This document shows positions 1-11,300 of a stretch of 64,000 nucleotides of DNA, piece by piece. The notes under the pieces are model-generated. The model did no database searches, was not told the DNA's origin, and saw nothing but the letters and a program-made list of their open reading frames with translations. The position numbers were made by a program, and so were the translations under genes. Source of the DNA: Camelus dromedarius. Taxonomy: Eukaryota. Location of the stretch: assembly GCF_036321535.1 (NCBI RefSeq), contig NC_087436.1, positions 116,128,001 through 116,192,000 of the forward strand, given 5' to 3'. Every line of letters begins with the position of its first letter. Positions within the stretch are counted from its first letter, which is position 1.

Positions 1-1126
1 TTTCCTAACTTTGTACAAGTTAGCCATTTTCACATTAGTTTACAACAAATACTGTTACTAATATATTGAGATATGCCAACTTGATCATCTTAGGTATACA
101 ATGCTATTTTTTTTTTTCATTTAGAGCTAAGTTGTGGAGTTTCAAAGTATTCTGTGAAATACTTGTTACTACTATAAAGGATACAAATGTGTAGCTAGCT
201 CTTGTGAGCATCACTGTAAACTTTTTCATAAGGAAAGGAGAGCAAAAGTCAGACAGAGACCTCTAGCATCTTTCAAGACTCTCCCCATAGCTTTGGCTGT
301 ATTTAATATCTGGAATCAAAACAAGGCTTAGGAGGGCAGCAGCCCTGTTGGTTTTCAGGGCAGTAAGGTCACACTCTGGAGGACTTCAGTGGGGACTCCA
401 AGAGGAGGGAGCTGCTAGAAATATCGGAAGTGCTTGAAGCTGAGAGTTCAGGGTAGGATGTAAGAGGGCAGAATCACAGCCCAAATGCTCCTTTGACCTT
501 CCTCATATACCGAGAACCAGGAGCTCATGAGGATTATCAGATTGAATTGTAATTTTTTCTGTTCTGCACATCTGTGAGCTCCTTCGGGTAAGGGATTACC
601 TTTTATTCTTCTTGGTAAATCTCCGCCCAGGTACCTACCACAGGGCTGCTATGCAAGATGCACGCAGTAAATGTGTCCACTGAGCTGATACGGCTGGTGA
701 GAGAGGAAAAGGTCTATCTTTCTTCCTGAAGAGTTTGAACCTCCCAGGATCCTTGAATAAAGCCTAAAAGAGAGAATTATCAAGACCTGCTCATCAAAGC
801 ATCAGTCAGCTTTGGTCCCAGCTAACCTGAAATCAAAGCTAGTGACACAATTTCCCATTGCCCAGAGGCTTTCCAGTCCTCAGAAGGGTCTAATAATTTG
901 GACAAGAGGACCACTTCAGGCCTGCAATATTGTAAATTTTGCAGCACTGATGGGTGTAATTTGGGGCAAAGTTTGACACAGGATCAGAGATAAAAGCAGT
1001 GCGTTGTCTAGAGTTGTTTATCCAACACAACAAATGGGCTCTAAAGTATGAGTATGAAATTGCATTTATCATACACACTTTACCCGAATCAATTAAGCAT
1101 TGTCCTCTACAAGATCAGCATCTAGC

Positions 1127-1388
1127 CAGGGCCAACCTCTCCATTAGGAGTCAGGAATGCGCAAGGTAATTTCGGGGCCTCTCAAAAATGTTTTAAATTA
1201 TTTTCAAATCAAAAGAAATAAAGACTTTTCAGTCTCAGAAAATATTTCAATACCTACAAGTAATATATTTACCTTTACACCAATGTCTTCATGAAATATA
1301 ATTTTATTTTTAAAGGATGACTTAAGTAATTAATTAATTTTGGTTGAAGGATAGTTCTTACAAAGGCAGAAGTTAGAACTGAACCCTG
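1127..1388. mobile_element. hAT MITE remnant, MER96B-like
   Basis: CAGGGCC terminus, then ggggcctctcaaaaatgttttaaatt...tttacaccaatg...gaaatataatttt, ending ccctg. Resembles the recalled MER96B consensus. Confidence 0.5.
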
Positions 1389-3971
1389 TGTAGCCACACA
1401 TGACTGGTGTCATGAAGGGGATGAAAATCCTGTTTACAGAAAAAAAAAGAAATCGCATCATCTGTTAATCGTAGAGGGGTGGGCTGTTTTCAAGGACGTA
1501 CAAAGAAAGGTGGGAAGTTGGACGGGCTGGCGGGGGAGACGCGTGATGCGCGTGCTGATTGGAAGGACCCACAATCCTACACGTTTTCTGGATGTGACCC
1601 TCATTTTCTCTCTCACACGCCGTCTGCTCCAGCTAATTAGCAAATCAAAAGAAACCGAAACAATTCTAGACCTCAGCACCATCAAATTAGAGGAGTTATC
1701 TGAGGATACTGCTTTCACACGGTGTAATCATGCACTCTTTGTTTTGGTCAAATGAGTGAAAATTACCTCTCAAACCCAAAGCCCTCTCCTCTACCCAGCC
1801 AGCTCTGTGGACAGACACATTTCATATCTGGTCTCATCAGTTTTACACACGAGTCTTTCTACACAGACAGGAAGGCACAATTAAACAATACCCATCAAAC
1901 TTCCCATACAACAAGGATCCTTTCAAAATACGTTTGAATTTTCAGGTGATCAGCACTTAAGAGCCATTAGTGCACCATCTAAATCAAGACTTGGAAAGTT
2001 TATTAAAATTGGATTTTTAACCTGATCTCAATTTCCTCTGCTTATAAGGAATCCCATTGGACTCCTTAATACTTAGGCTATTAACCTGAAAGATTCAAAC
2101 AGCCATTAAGGGAGGAGAGACTGAAGCTGTACAGTGTAGCCTTACAGATAAAATCCGCTTGAGCCCGGGCAGGTAGAGTGAGAGTGGATCCTGGACATCT
2201 TCCGAAGAAGCAGGCTCTCTCTCTTTCTCTCTCCTCATCTCCCTTTCTCCTGACCTCTCTCTTTCATCACATATTTGGGGGAGAGAAAACAACCCAAAAT
2301 AACAGAAGCAAGCTGTTTAATTACAAAGAGGACTGGATTAGGAATCTAAGGTTTACTGGAAGGGGAACGGCCTTGGATAAAATCACTTCCTCCTCTGGTG
2401 CCCTCATTTCTCCCCCTCACTCATGTCACAACTTTAAACTCCTGTGCCTTTGTTTTGTTTTTTGGAAAATGAGGAAATTGTAGTCCCTAAGAAGGTCAGT
2501 GCAAGAAGCAAAGGTGCAGCTCATGCCATTCAGGTGGAGGACCTGACACCACAGCCTTGGCTGAGTCTCAGCTGGGGTATTCCTGATGGTTGACCCAATG
2601 CACTGGCCAGTGGCTTCTGCTTCCATTTCCTCCTGCAGCCTTTATCCTCTGCAGAACACAGTTTACTGGTGAACTGATGCCAGAGAGTTCTGGTGAAGAT
2701 GGGTTGTGGGTGTCTGTCTTCTTTCTCCTTGAGATAAGACTGCCTGCTCCCTTAGGGCAGTGGTGATGTCTCACCTTTCCATCTCTTTCTCAGTACCTGG
2801 CACAGTGTTGAACACAGAGTAGGTGCTCAAAAAAGACCAGTATCTTAGAATAAGAGCAGATCAGAAATCATCGACTAAAGCCCCTTCATTTTCTATCCCA
2901 TAACACTGAGTAAGAGAGCCTTAGGCCACACATCTGAGAGTGACACCCACTTTTCTAGCTGGCCATCCTTCTGTCTCCTGTAAGCCTCCGTTCTTACCCT
3001 GATGGCTTTGAGATGGAACTATATCTGACCTAAAGCATGACTTCTTCAGGGAAGTTCAGTTTACATACCTTTTTGAGAGTATACTGTTTCAGACACCATG
3101 CCAAATTCTGGAAGAGATAACTAAATTGTAGTCCCTGTGCTCAAAGCACCTCTAATCTAATGGGGAAGACAGATCTGTAAGAAGATATTTTCAGTCCACT
3201 GTTGGTGTTGTTATAGCAAAGCTGAGTTCTGGTGATATGTAAATGCGTGGATAAAAAACCCAGAGGAGGCCCGGAATAGGTCAGGGAAAGCTGTTAAGAA
3301 GAAACAACAACTGTTCTGGCAGAGACAAAATGCTAAATACGAACAAAATGACCAATGAATACTTTCTTATTTATCTAAGAATATTGATCATTGATCAATG
3401 AATGTTGGCTAAAATTTTAAAAATTAGAGAAGCTAAAATTCCAATCCTCCAGTTCTTGCCAGTTGCTGGATCTTCCTGGAGTCACTTGGTGCGAGTGAAG
3501 CTTGTAACAGACACTCAGGGCTGGGGCCACAGGTCCTCATTCCTTCCCTTTTAGGACTTGTTGTGGAGAACAAAGCAGATGGGCTAACCTGCCCATGGCT
3601 CCCAGGGTGCAAATGGAATCACTTCCAGCCTCCCTGGGCATCTCACAAATGAGTTGTGAAATTCAGACTACGGGCACAAAAGCACTTTGAACTCTTAAGG
3701 AAAAGCAATCATGCCAACTTAGAACATCAAAGCCGCTCCCTGTTTCTGAAGAACTCATGATCTGCACTGGGCTTAGCTGCTGGTAGGGGCTCAAGGACAC
3801 CAGGAATTGGCAGGGGCATATCTTAAACTACCATTTGACCCGCACAACCTCACACATGATTTTACACAGCTTCACAGAATGGGGGAGAAAAAACACTTCT
3901 TTTAAAGCGAATGTAAATTTAAATGCTGAGGCTTTTCAAAGAGGGACTTTAAACTGACTTTGCTTTTCCCA

Positions 3972-4316
3972 GTATTACTGAGAAATAATTGACATTTATC
4001 CCTGTATACGTTTAAGGCATAGAGCATGATGGTTTGATTTACATATACTGTGAAATGATTACCAGGATAGGTTTGGCTAACATCTATCTTCTCATATAGA
4101 CACAATGCAAAGAAAAGGAAGGAGAAAAGAATGAAGGGAAAAGTTCTCTTTGTTATGAGAACTCTTAGGATTTACTCTACTAACTGCTTCCCTATATACC
4201 ATACAGCAGTGTCAGCTACAGTCACCATGTTGTACAGCACATCTCTGGGACGTGTAACTGGCAGTTTGTACTTTTGACCACCTTCCTCCAATCCCAACCC
4301 CCAACCACAAGTCTGA
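3972..4316 (-). mobile_element. L1 3'-UTR fragment (L1MA9-like)
   Basis: Typical antisense L1 3' end: gaaataattgaca...atgagaactcttaggatttactct...gtcaccatgttgtac...ttgtacttttgaccacc. Confidence 0.75.
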
Positions 4317-4370
4317 GTAAAGTGACTTTTTAAAATACAAATATATATGTATTTTTCTTTCTCTCTTTTT

Positions 4371-4373
<3 letters not shown>

Positions 4374-4404
<31 letters not shown>
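4374..4404. repeat. (TA)n microsatellite
   Basis: About 15 uninterrupted TA units. Confidence 0.95.
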
Positions 4405-4407
<3 letters not shown>

Positions 4408-5691
4408 ATTTCCTGTATAATTTACTTATTTATTTATTTTTACCTAAAATAAGTATGTCAACATTAGTCTAGCTCAGAGAAGCAACCAGGATCATTAAAA
4501 CCCCTAAAAGCTTATTTTCCAAAATAAGACTTGGCCTTGGCCTCTCAGATGCCACTGGCTTTATTAGATAGTCAGAAAATGCTGGTCATGGCTTTGCTTT
4601 CTAAAAGAGTAACATTGCATAAGGAAATGGTCAATTTCCTATAAGATCCACTACTTAGATGGGAGAGTATTTGTAATCTAAGAAAAGTTATTTTTTTAAT
4701 CTTAAAGGACAAACTCGAATTCTTCCAAATATTTATCTTCCAACATTTAAGATGGAAGATCAAGTGAAATCTCATCTAAAATAAATTTCTTTGATGTTCA
4801 TTTGTCATTTTTCTCTTTTTTCTTTTCTTTCTTTCTTTTTCTTTTTTACGTGTTGGCTAATCTTCCTTTGAAGACGACTTGCTTTGGCTCGAGTAAGCAG
4901 GCAACCCAGCTTCTCCAAGGAGACTCCAGGCGCCTGGAAATCTTAAATCTGAAATTGAACTACTGATTGCGATCTAGTTCTCACACAAAACTTCCCAGCT
5001 ATGAGAACGGGGGGAGGCGGCAGGGATACCCTGCTTAATTTCCGAGCTGACGTTTGCAGTTCTGGTGCACTAGCCGTGGCACTCCTGGTGAATCGGCATC
5101 CACTCCCGGACTCGAAACCGAAGGGGGGTGGCGCGTTCAATGGCGACACGGAGCGCTCAGGAGCCGGCTCCTCGCGCGCATTCCGACCCAGGCTGCGTGG
5201 CCGCTGGCGTCCCAGCCCGGCTCCCCCTGGGCGGTGCAGGGAGCAGCGACGCCTAAAGGGGGCACCTGCCTGGAAGGAAAAAGGCATTGCTGACGCACGT
5301 GGGAGGGGCGCAGGTCCCGGGGACCTTGCGAGGCTGGAAAGTGGAAGAAGATGGGGGCTCGAGGTTCGAACCGACCCTTCCCTAGCAAGAGTGAGGGGAT
5401 AGACGGGACGTGCCAGGTTTGCGGCGACCCCACCCTCCCGGCCGTGCTGGCCCTCTCCCCAATGCCCCTAACCTCCCAGGATTGAAACTCGAGGACCTGC
5501 CTCGCCGAGTGGGAGGAACCAACTCTTTCCATACCTGTCAGCGGGAGCCGAGAGCCCAGCCCGGCCGCCTGGAGCGCAGAGAAGCTAGCCGGGCCCCAAG
5601 CGGCCCTGCTCGGGGCAGCACCGGAGCGGGCCGGGCAGCAGTGGGCGCTCGCGTTCCTCCTCTGCCCCACGCGCTCTCCCTCAGGACCCGG

Positions 5692-5740
5692 CCTCCTCGG
5701 TCCCCTCCTCCTGCTCCTGCTCCTCCTCCTGCTCCTCCCC
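5692..5740. repeat. Imperfect (CCT/GCT)n pyrimidine-rich repeat in the promoter
   Basis: cctcctcggtcccctcctcctgctcctgctcctcctcctgctcctcccc. Confidence 0.8.
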
Positions 5741-5971
5741 TTCGCGGGTCTGATCTCCTAGCCTCGCGTCTGCAAAGTCCCCGGCGCGCGGGCAGCCACG
5801 AACCGCCGCCACTGCCGGGTCGCAGTGGGTGCCGGCGCCCGTGCCTCACCGCCTGCGCAGGGTCGTGCCGAAGCTCACTCCGCCGGCCGCCGGAGCTCCA
5901 CGGCGCTGCCCATGGCCCAGCCCGAGAGCCGACTTCGGGCCCCGGACCGGCTAGAAGGTGGCGCGGCTCAG
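5740..5971 (+). other. HS3ST1: Non-coding exon 1 of HS3ST1 (5' end approximate), ending at a consensus donor
   Basis: Lies in the CpG island and ends at a perfect 5' splice site CAG|GTGAGT (5969-5977), followed by intronic G-runs. HS3ST1 is known to have an upstream non-coding exon and an intronless CDS. The TSS cannot be fixed from sequence alone. Confidence 0.75.
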
Positions 5972-6586
5972 GTGAGTGCGGCGCGCGCGGGGCGGGGGCC
6001 GCCAGTCTGGGGAGTGGCAAGGCGAGGGGCGATCGAGGTGCCCCGACTTGGCATACCGGACTTAGGGCCAGCGCAGAGCCCAAGGTGAGCCCGGGCTGGA
6101 GCAAGTGGAGTGCACGTAGTGGGGAAAAGGAAAGAGAGACCAGGGGTTTCCCCATCCTCCTCACCTCCTGCCTCGGCCCCTCAGCTCTGCAAGTCTTCAG
6201 GGACGGGTTTTTACGGCAGGTACCCAGGTTTCTGACTTAGTGGACTGGATTTTTTTTTCTTACTCCCCAGCAGAGTCAGGAGGTTCGCTCCTGCCCAACG
6301 CTTCTCCCTAGGATCGTGCGGGGCAGCAGGACCGCAAAGCGCAGCGAAGCCCAGGTACCACTTTGGCTGGGAACTGGAGCGGGGATGCAGTCAGCAAAAA
6401 GTCAGTCTGTTGAGGGAGCATCCAGGGTGGGGAAGCCTTGTTCTGGTTTGCTTTTGGAGTAGAGAAGGGATGGGGCATCCCCCGAGGGGTGGGGATGCTC
6501 GGAGAGAGATTGAGGCGACAGACTGTAAGTAGCCTCTTTCCCTAATGCCAGTTATGCACGGTTCTGATTTTTCATGTCACTTTTTA

Positions 6587-6588
<2 letters not shown>

Positions 6589-6617
<29 letters not shown>
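6589..6617. repeat. Poly-T tract (T29)
   Basis: Read directly from the sequence. Confidence 0.95.
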
Positions 6618-6619
<2 letters not shown>

Positions 6620-7440
6620 CTCTGTTTCTATTTCGAGCACCTTGGGTAGTGACGGCAGATGAGGGTGAGGGGAGGCGGGGCTCCAACCCGTGGTGGGAGC
6701 GTGTAGACCCCTTGCTCCGAACCAGGGGCACGCTCGCTCGCGGAGCCTGACGTCTCCAGGTGCGCTCTCCCAGCCAGGGGGCAGACCGTCGCTGCTCCCT
6801 CTTTCGGTCCCAGCCTGTCCCGGGAGCCTGAGGACCGCTTCTAGAGCCGGCAAAAAACGGGATGGAGGAGCAGGCGGGAGCAAACCCGGGACGCAGGGCA
6901 TGGGGTGTTAGGTGTACTGGGCTCTGCAGTTGTTTGCCGGCTCTGTGCGTCTTCCATCGCATCCCCTCCGCCGGGTGGGCCTCCACGCTTTCTCGCATAC
7001 CCAGGCCCCTCTCTCGGGAGAAGACTGCATCCCTCTTCCTCCGCCCTCCACTTTGCAGGACCAGTCTTATCCTTGCTTTGCCTCGCTCGAGTCTCGCTCC
7101 TCCCCCCAGCGTTATCCGCTGGCTATTTTTATCCACTACTTGTACAGAGATGCTTTTGGGGGGGGTTCTGGGGAGGCGACTCCAAATCTCCTGCCTTCTC
7201 GCTGCTCCCCCAGAAGCGGTTCCGTGCTAGCAGGGAGCAGCCGCGAGGAACAGCCAAGGGATGAGGAGGGAGTGCGCCCGCTCCTCCTCTGGCAGCCAGA
7301 GCTCTCGAAACCAGGCACCACTTGCCCGGCGGCTCCGCTCTCCGCTCGCTGCGGGAGCAGATCCTCAGAGAGTCCCTCGGCCCCCGGGCGCCGGTCCTCG
7401 GCTGCTTTTGTGGCCATGGCACGTTTAGCCGCAGAATCTT
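6620..7440. promoter_or_regulatory. Second CpG-rich block at the 5' end of intron 1
   Basis: Dense CpGs between the poly-T (6589-6617) and poly-A (7545-7565) tracts. Confidence 0.7.
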
Positions 7441-7544
7441 TTGGGTCCTACTTGGCGTTCTTGCTTTGCAGCCAAATCTTACCTTATTTTGTTGAAATGC
7501 AGTTACCAACTTCCACCCAAGGGTTAATGTCAGGAATTTCATCC

Positions 7545-7565
7545 AAAAAAAAAAAAAAAAAAAAA
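7545..7565. repeat. Poly-A tract (A21)
   Basis: Read directly from the sequence. Confidence 0.95.
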
Positions 7566-10500
7566 GGGGGAGATAACACAATTTCTGCCTCCCTGCATTT
7601 CTAAAGCCCATCCTTTGGCGTTCGGAATTTGTCTTGCTTTCTGGTTTCTCAATAATGATTGGGTGTGATGCGAATAAGCCTGACCTAGTGAAATTCCAGG
7701 CGGTGGACTCTTCAGCTGCAAATCCCCGACTTACTCTTTGTATTTCCAGTGCTTAGATTTTTTGCCCCTCCCTTAGGATTGCAGAAATAACATATTGAAA
7801 CGGACCATTGTGTTACATAAGATTTTCTCCAGCGCTAGGCAGAGAAAGATGAGCTTCTCAAGGAGCCTCACAGGGCTTCAGTGGGTCCCTCTAACTCTTT
7901 CTGCCAAGTTCAACTGGGATCCACAACTTCGTGACTAAGCACTCTTAAGTCGAAGTAGTTAATTATAACAGACAGTAGTATCCAGTGAGGGTACCTTACT
8001 GAGGCATCTTCTGCAGTGTTTCTGGGCTTCGGATCCAGACTGAAGCTGCCTGGTGTACAGAACACTGTAGCTTTAAGATGGGAGATTCGTTGCTTGGGAA
8101 ACTGGTGAGAAAGTGCTACCTTGAACTTGCAGAGGATCAGGAAAAGCCCAGGGCTCTTAGCTGTGCTGTTATTATGCCCTGTATAAAACTTCAAGTCCTC
8201 CGCATTGTAGATGTTCAGGAACCCTTTATTGGACTCTACAATATTAATGGGGGATGTGCTTTTGTTATCAAAAGAAGAAATTATCTTACTGGAAAAGTCC
8301 TTAAGAGCTCCTTGAAGGGAAATACAATGTGGAAGTCTTTATCTTGAATTAAAATTTGATGGGACTAGAAAGGGGCTAGGAATATGGACTGGCTGACATA
8401 AAATTGCTCGATTGGTGCACCGTGCCCTTCCCAGAATTCTGCCCAGGGTGGCACAAACCCACACTGAGTACTGAGTCATGCTCTTTTTATTGAGGCCAGT
8501 TTGGACAGAGGGACAGTGAAAGGTACTGATGTCCTGATGGAACTGAGTCTGTATTTGGGGTCAGGGCTGAGAATCCAGGTTTCAGGGCATGCTACTAAGC
8601 CAGGATGTTTGTTTGAAAGGCAGTCTTGGAGAAGTAAAGGCGAGTAGCAGTCTTGGAGAGAAGCAGCCTTCTAGCTGCTCTGTGGGAAACGCCGTGACTT
8701 TCCAGCTCTTGTGGAAAGCTGTAACTTTCCAGCTGCTACTGGGAGAGATCTGGGTTGGATGTGAGTATCTTCCTTCAATCCCAGGGATGAATCCCTACTT
8801 CCTAGCCAGGCCAACCTTTTCCTACAATCAAGTGGGGAATGGTAAGATGGCTAGCTGGATTTGGAGTTGGATTCTTGCCCCAGGACCCTAAACACATTAT
8901 TTTTCCCTCTCTGGGCCTCAGACTCTTCCCTGGCAAAATATAGATTGAAAGATTATTATGAGAAAGTAAAAAAAAAAAAAAATGTATGTACAGAGCATTA
9001 TGGCAGTTCTAAAACACTGGTGAAAAAATGTACAGAATTACTTAAGTTGCTTTTCCTGCAAATTTCATTTGGTCTATTTTAATGCTAATTTTGTAGTTTG
9101 TGAACGTCTGTGTGGATTGCATATGCTAAACATTAAATGAGGGAGAGGATTTCATACAATAGGCCAGTATCTCCTTGTGATTATGCTACCTGAAACCCAC
9201 CAGCATCAGGCTTCACGGCTTCTCAGAGCCATTAGTTTCTTGATTGTAGGATCAGAGTTAAAGTTTTTAAGTTTTTTTTTTCTCTTTTTAGCTTAGTGCA
9301 TTTCATATGTCTTAAGAAAATATGTTTCGGGAAGGGCCCTAATATTGATTAACCGAAAAAGAGGAAAGTTGCAAATGGGTGTATCAGTTGGGAAAAAGTG
9401 ATGCATGATCAGTTTCAGGAGATGACCTAGGTCTCCCTTGTCGAAGTCTGTCATCAGCATAAAGCACCGTCTCTCTATTGCATTTCTGTTGTTCCACATC
9501 GGTCCCCAGGACCTAGCGAAGGGCCTGACACTTAATAAATGCTTGATAAGTATTTTTGAAATAAGTGAATGAATGACTGAGCTGGATCTTCACAGCAACC
9601 CTGTGCTGTGCACAGGCAGATGGCATCATTTCTATTTTAAAGATTTGGAATCTGCCGATTAGAAAAGTTACTTAATTTTCTGAAGGTACAGAGGATTCCA
9701 GATTGGAGTTCAGGTCTGTCTGTTCTCATTCCATTCCACTGTACTGCCTGCATGGCCCCCTCCCTTCCACCTCCACTCACAGTTCTCCTACTCCATGCAC
9801 TTTTGCATTTTAGAAGTTTCCCAGAAACTGAACAGCCTTCGTATTCAGAGGATACCACCCTCCCCTTCTAAGGGGACTTTTCCATAGGAGGCAGGGCTCT
9901 TCCTCTGTGTCTGTATCTCCATATCTCCGAGCTCTGAACCAGGGCTCAGGTGGATGATCCTGTCTGAGACTTGGAAACTTGAGGGACTAGCTAAAGGACA
10001 AAAGGACAGCTGAGCATTTCTTTACCACCATGGGTCATGAAATAAGTGGCAGCAGCAGCAGCCTCAATGTCCCAGGATGTCCCAGGGGTGCTGTTCCTGT
10101 GGCTTGGTCCTGACGCGTTCCCTGGTTCCCTTCGTTCCTTCTTGTTTCCAGGCTGGCATTTCAGCTTATCGTTAATTCCCAGAGGTGACTCATAGTCTTC
10201 AAGTAAATTCCTCCTCTATCTGATTTAGCCGAAATTGTAACTAGCTGATGCATACATAGCCTCTCACAATTCATCTTCGGTCCTGCCTCTGGCATGAAGC
10301 CTTCTCAGCTTCCTCTATCCCCGGGGAATTAGAGCTCATAGCATAGCTTTATCAGGCCGTTAGAATCACATTTACTGGGCCATAGTTTGTCAATAGTTAT
10401 GTGATACGACAAGAGTTCTAGAGAAATGAATGCATTATTCTTCCAAGAAATAGCCTGAACATAACAGAAATAGATCCCAGTGGGCATCTTTACTTTTTTT

Positions 10501-11069
10501 TTTCCCCCTCCCATGTTGTATATGCACTTTGGGAACTTTCCAGCAGGGGTCGCTCACTCAAATGCCTTCAGCAGCCTGGCAAGTAATAGCCTGAAGGAAA
10601 AGGGACCCGGGACAGGCTGGGTCAGGGGATGCTTCAGCTCCAAACTAGCACACAAGTCGGAACTCAGGCCCTGTCTTGTGGCATCCGATTTTTTCTTTTC
10701 CATATAGGCTTTGTGTTCACAATTTTATGTAGATTCTGCTGACTTTTCAGTGCCAGCAGCTAATTCAGTGTTTAAAAAAATTTATTGTGTGGGCCAAAGA
10801 AAACACTTCTGTAAGGTCGGCCTCCTCATCTATGTCCCACAGGCCCCAATTCATGGCCCCCAGGTTCTGAGGATAGAAAAGAAATTGGTTGGAATATGAG
10901 ACTCAGTAAAATCAGTTATTCAGAAAATCTAGGCCGGGGTGTGTCGAGAGTGTGGTGTAGACCCTGTACCAATGAGTTAACCTTCACTTTTACAGAGGGT
11001 TTATTTGTGGTCTGCCTCTTCTCTGTCCTGTAAGCAGTTACGCCAATCACATTTACCCCTTTAACCCGT

Positions 11070-11300
11070 GTTTTATTGAGTTCCAGTCATGTACCAAGTG
11101 TTGCTCTACTCCCTGGTGACTCAATAGGGAATAAAACAGATGGAAATCCTTGCCCTTCTGCTTATCTTCCAGTGGAAGAGACAGGAAAAAGCAAGATGGA
11201 TATGGACAATCCATCCTAGATTAGATAGTGATGTGCTAAAAGGAAAAATAAGTCCAGGGAAAGCCATATGAAATGTTAGGTGCTGGGATAAAACCTTAGG
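11070..11300. mobile_element. L2 3'-end fragment
   Basis: tttattgagttccagtcatgtaccaagtg...aaacagatggaaatccttgccctt...cttccagtggaagagacag is typical of L2 3' ends. Confidence 0.55.

Larger units (their letters stand above)
5000..6120. promoter_or_regulatory. CpG island / HS3ST1 promoter
   Basis: Very GC- and CpG-rich compared with the AT-rich flanks, no obvious TATA box. TGACG half-CRE (5291-5295) abuts a CACGTG E-box (5296-5301). GC box GGGGCGGGG at 5989-5997. Confidence 0.85.

Noticed and set aside
5410..6240. 276-aa ORF and other overlapping ORFs in the promoter island
   Set aside because: Pro/Arg/Gly/Ala-rich, low-complexity products expected from stop-poor GC-rich DNA. They have non-ATG starts and cross the splice donor.
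6473..6500. Hairpin GCATCCCC-N8-GGGGATGC
   Set aside because: Short stem in GC-rich DNA with no independent support.
6552..7611. Several 100-230 aa ORFs with poly-Lys or poly-Phe runs
   Set aside because: By-products of the CpG block and the homopolymer tracts.
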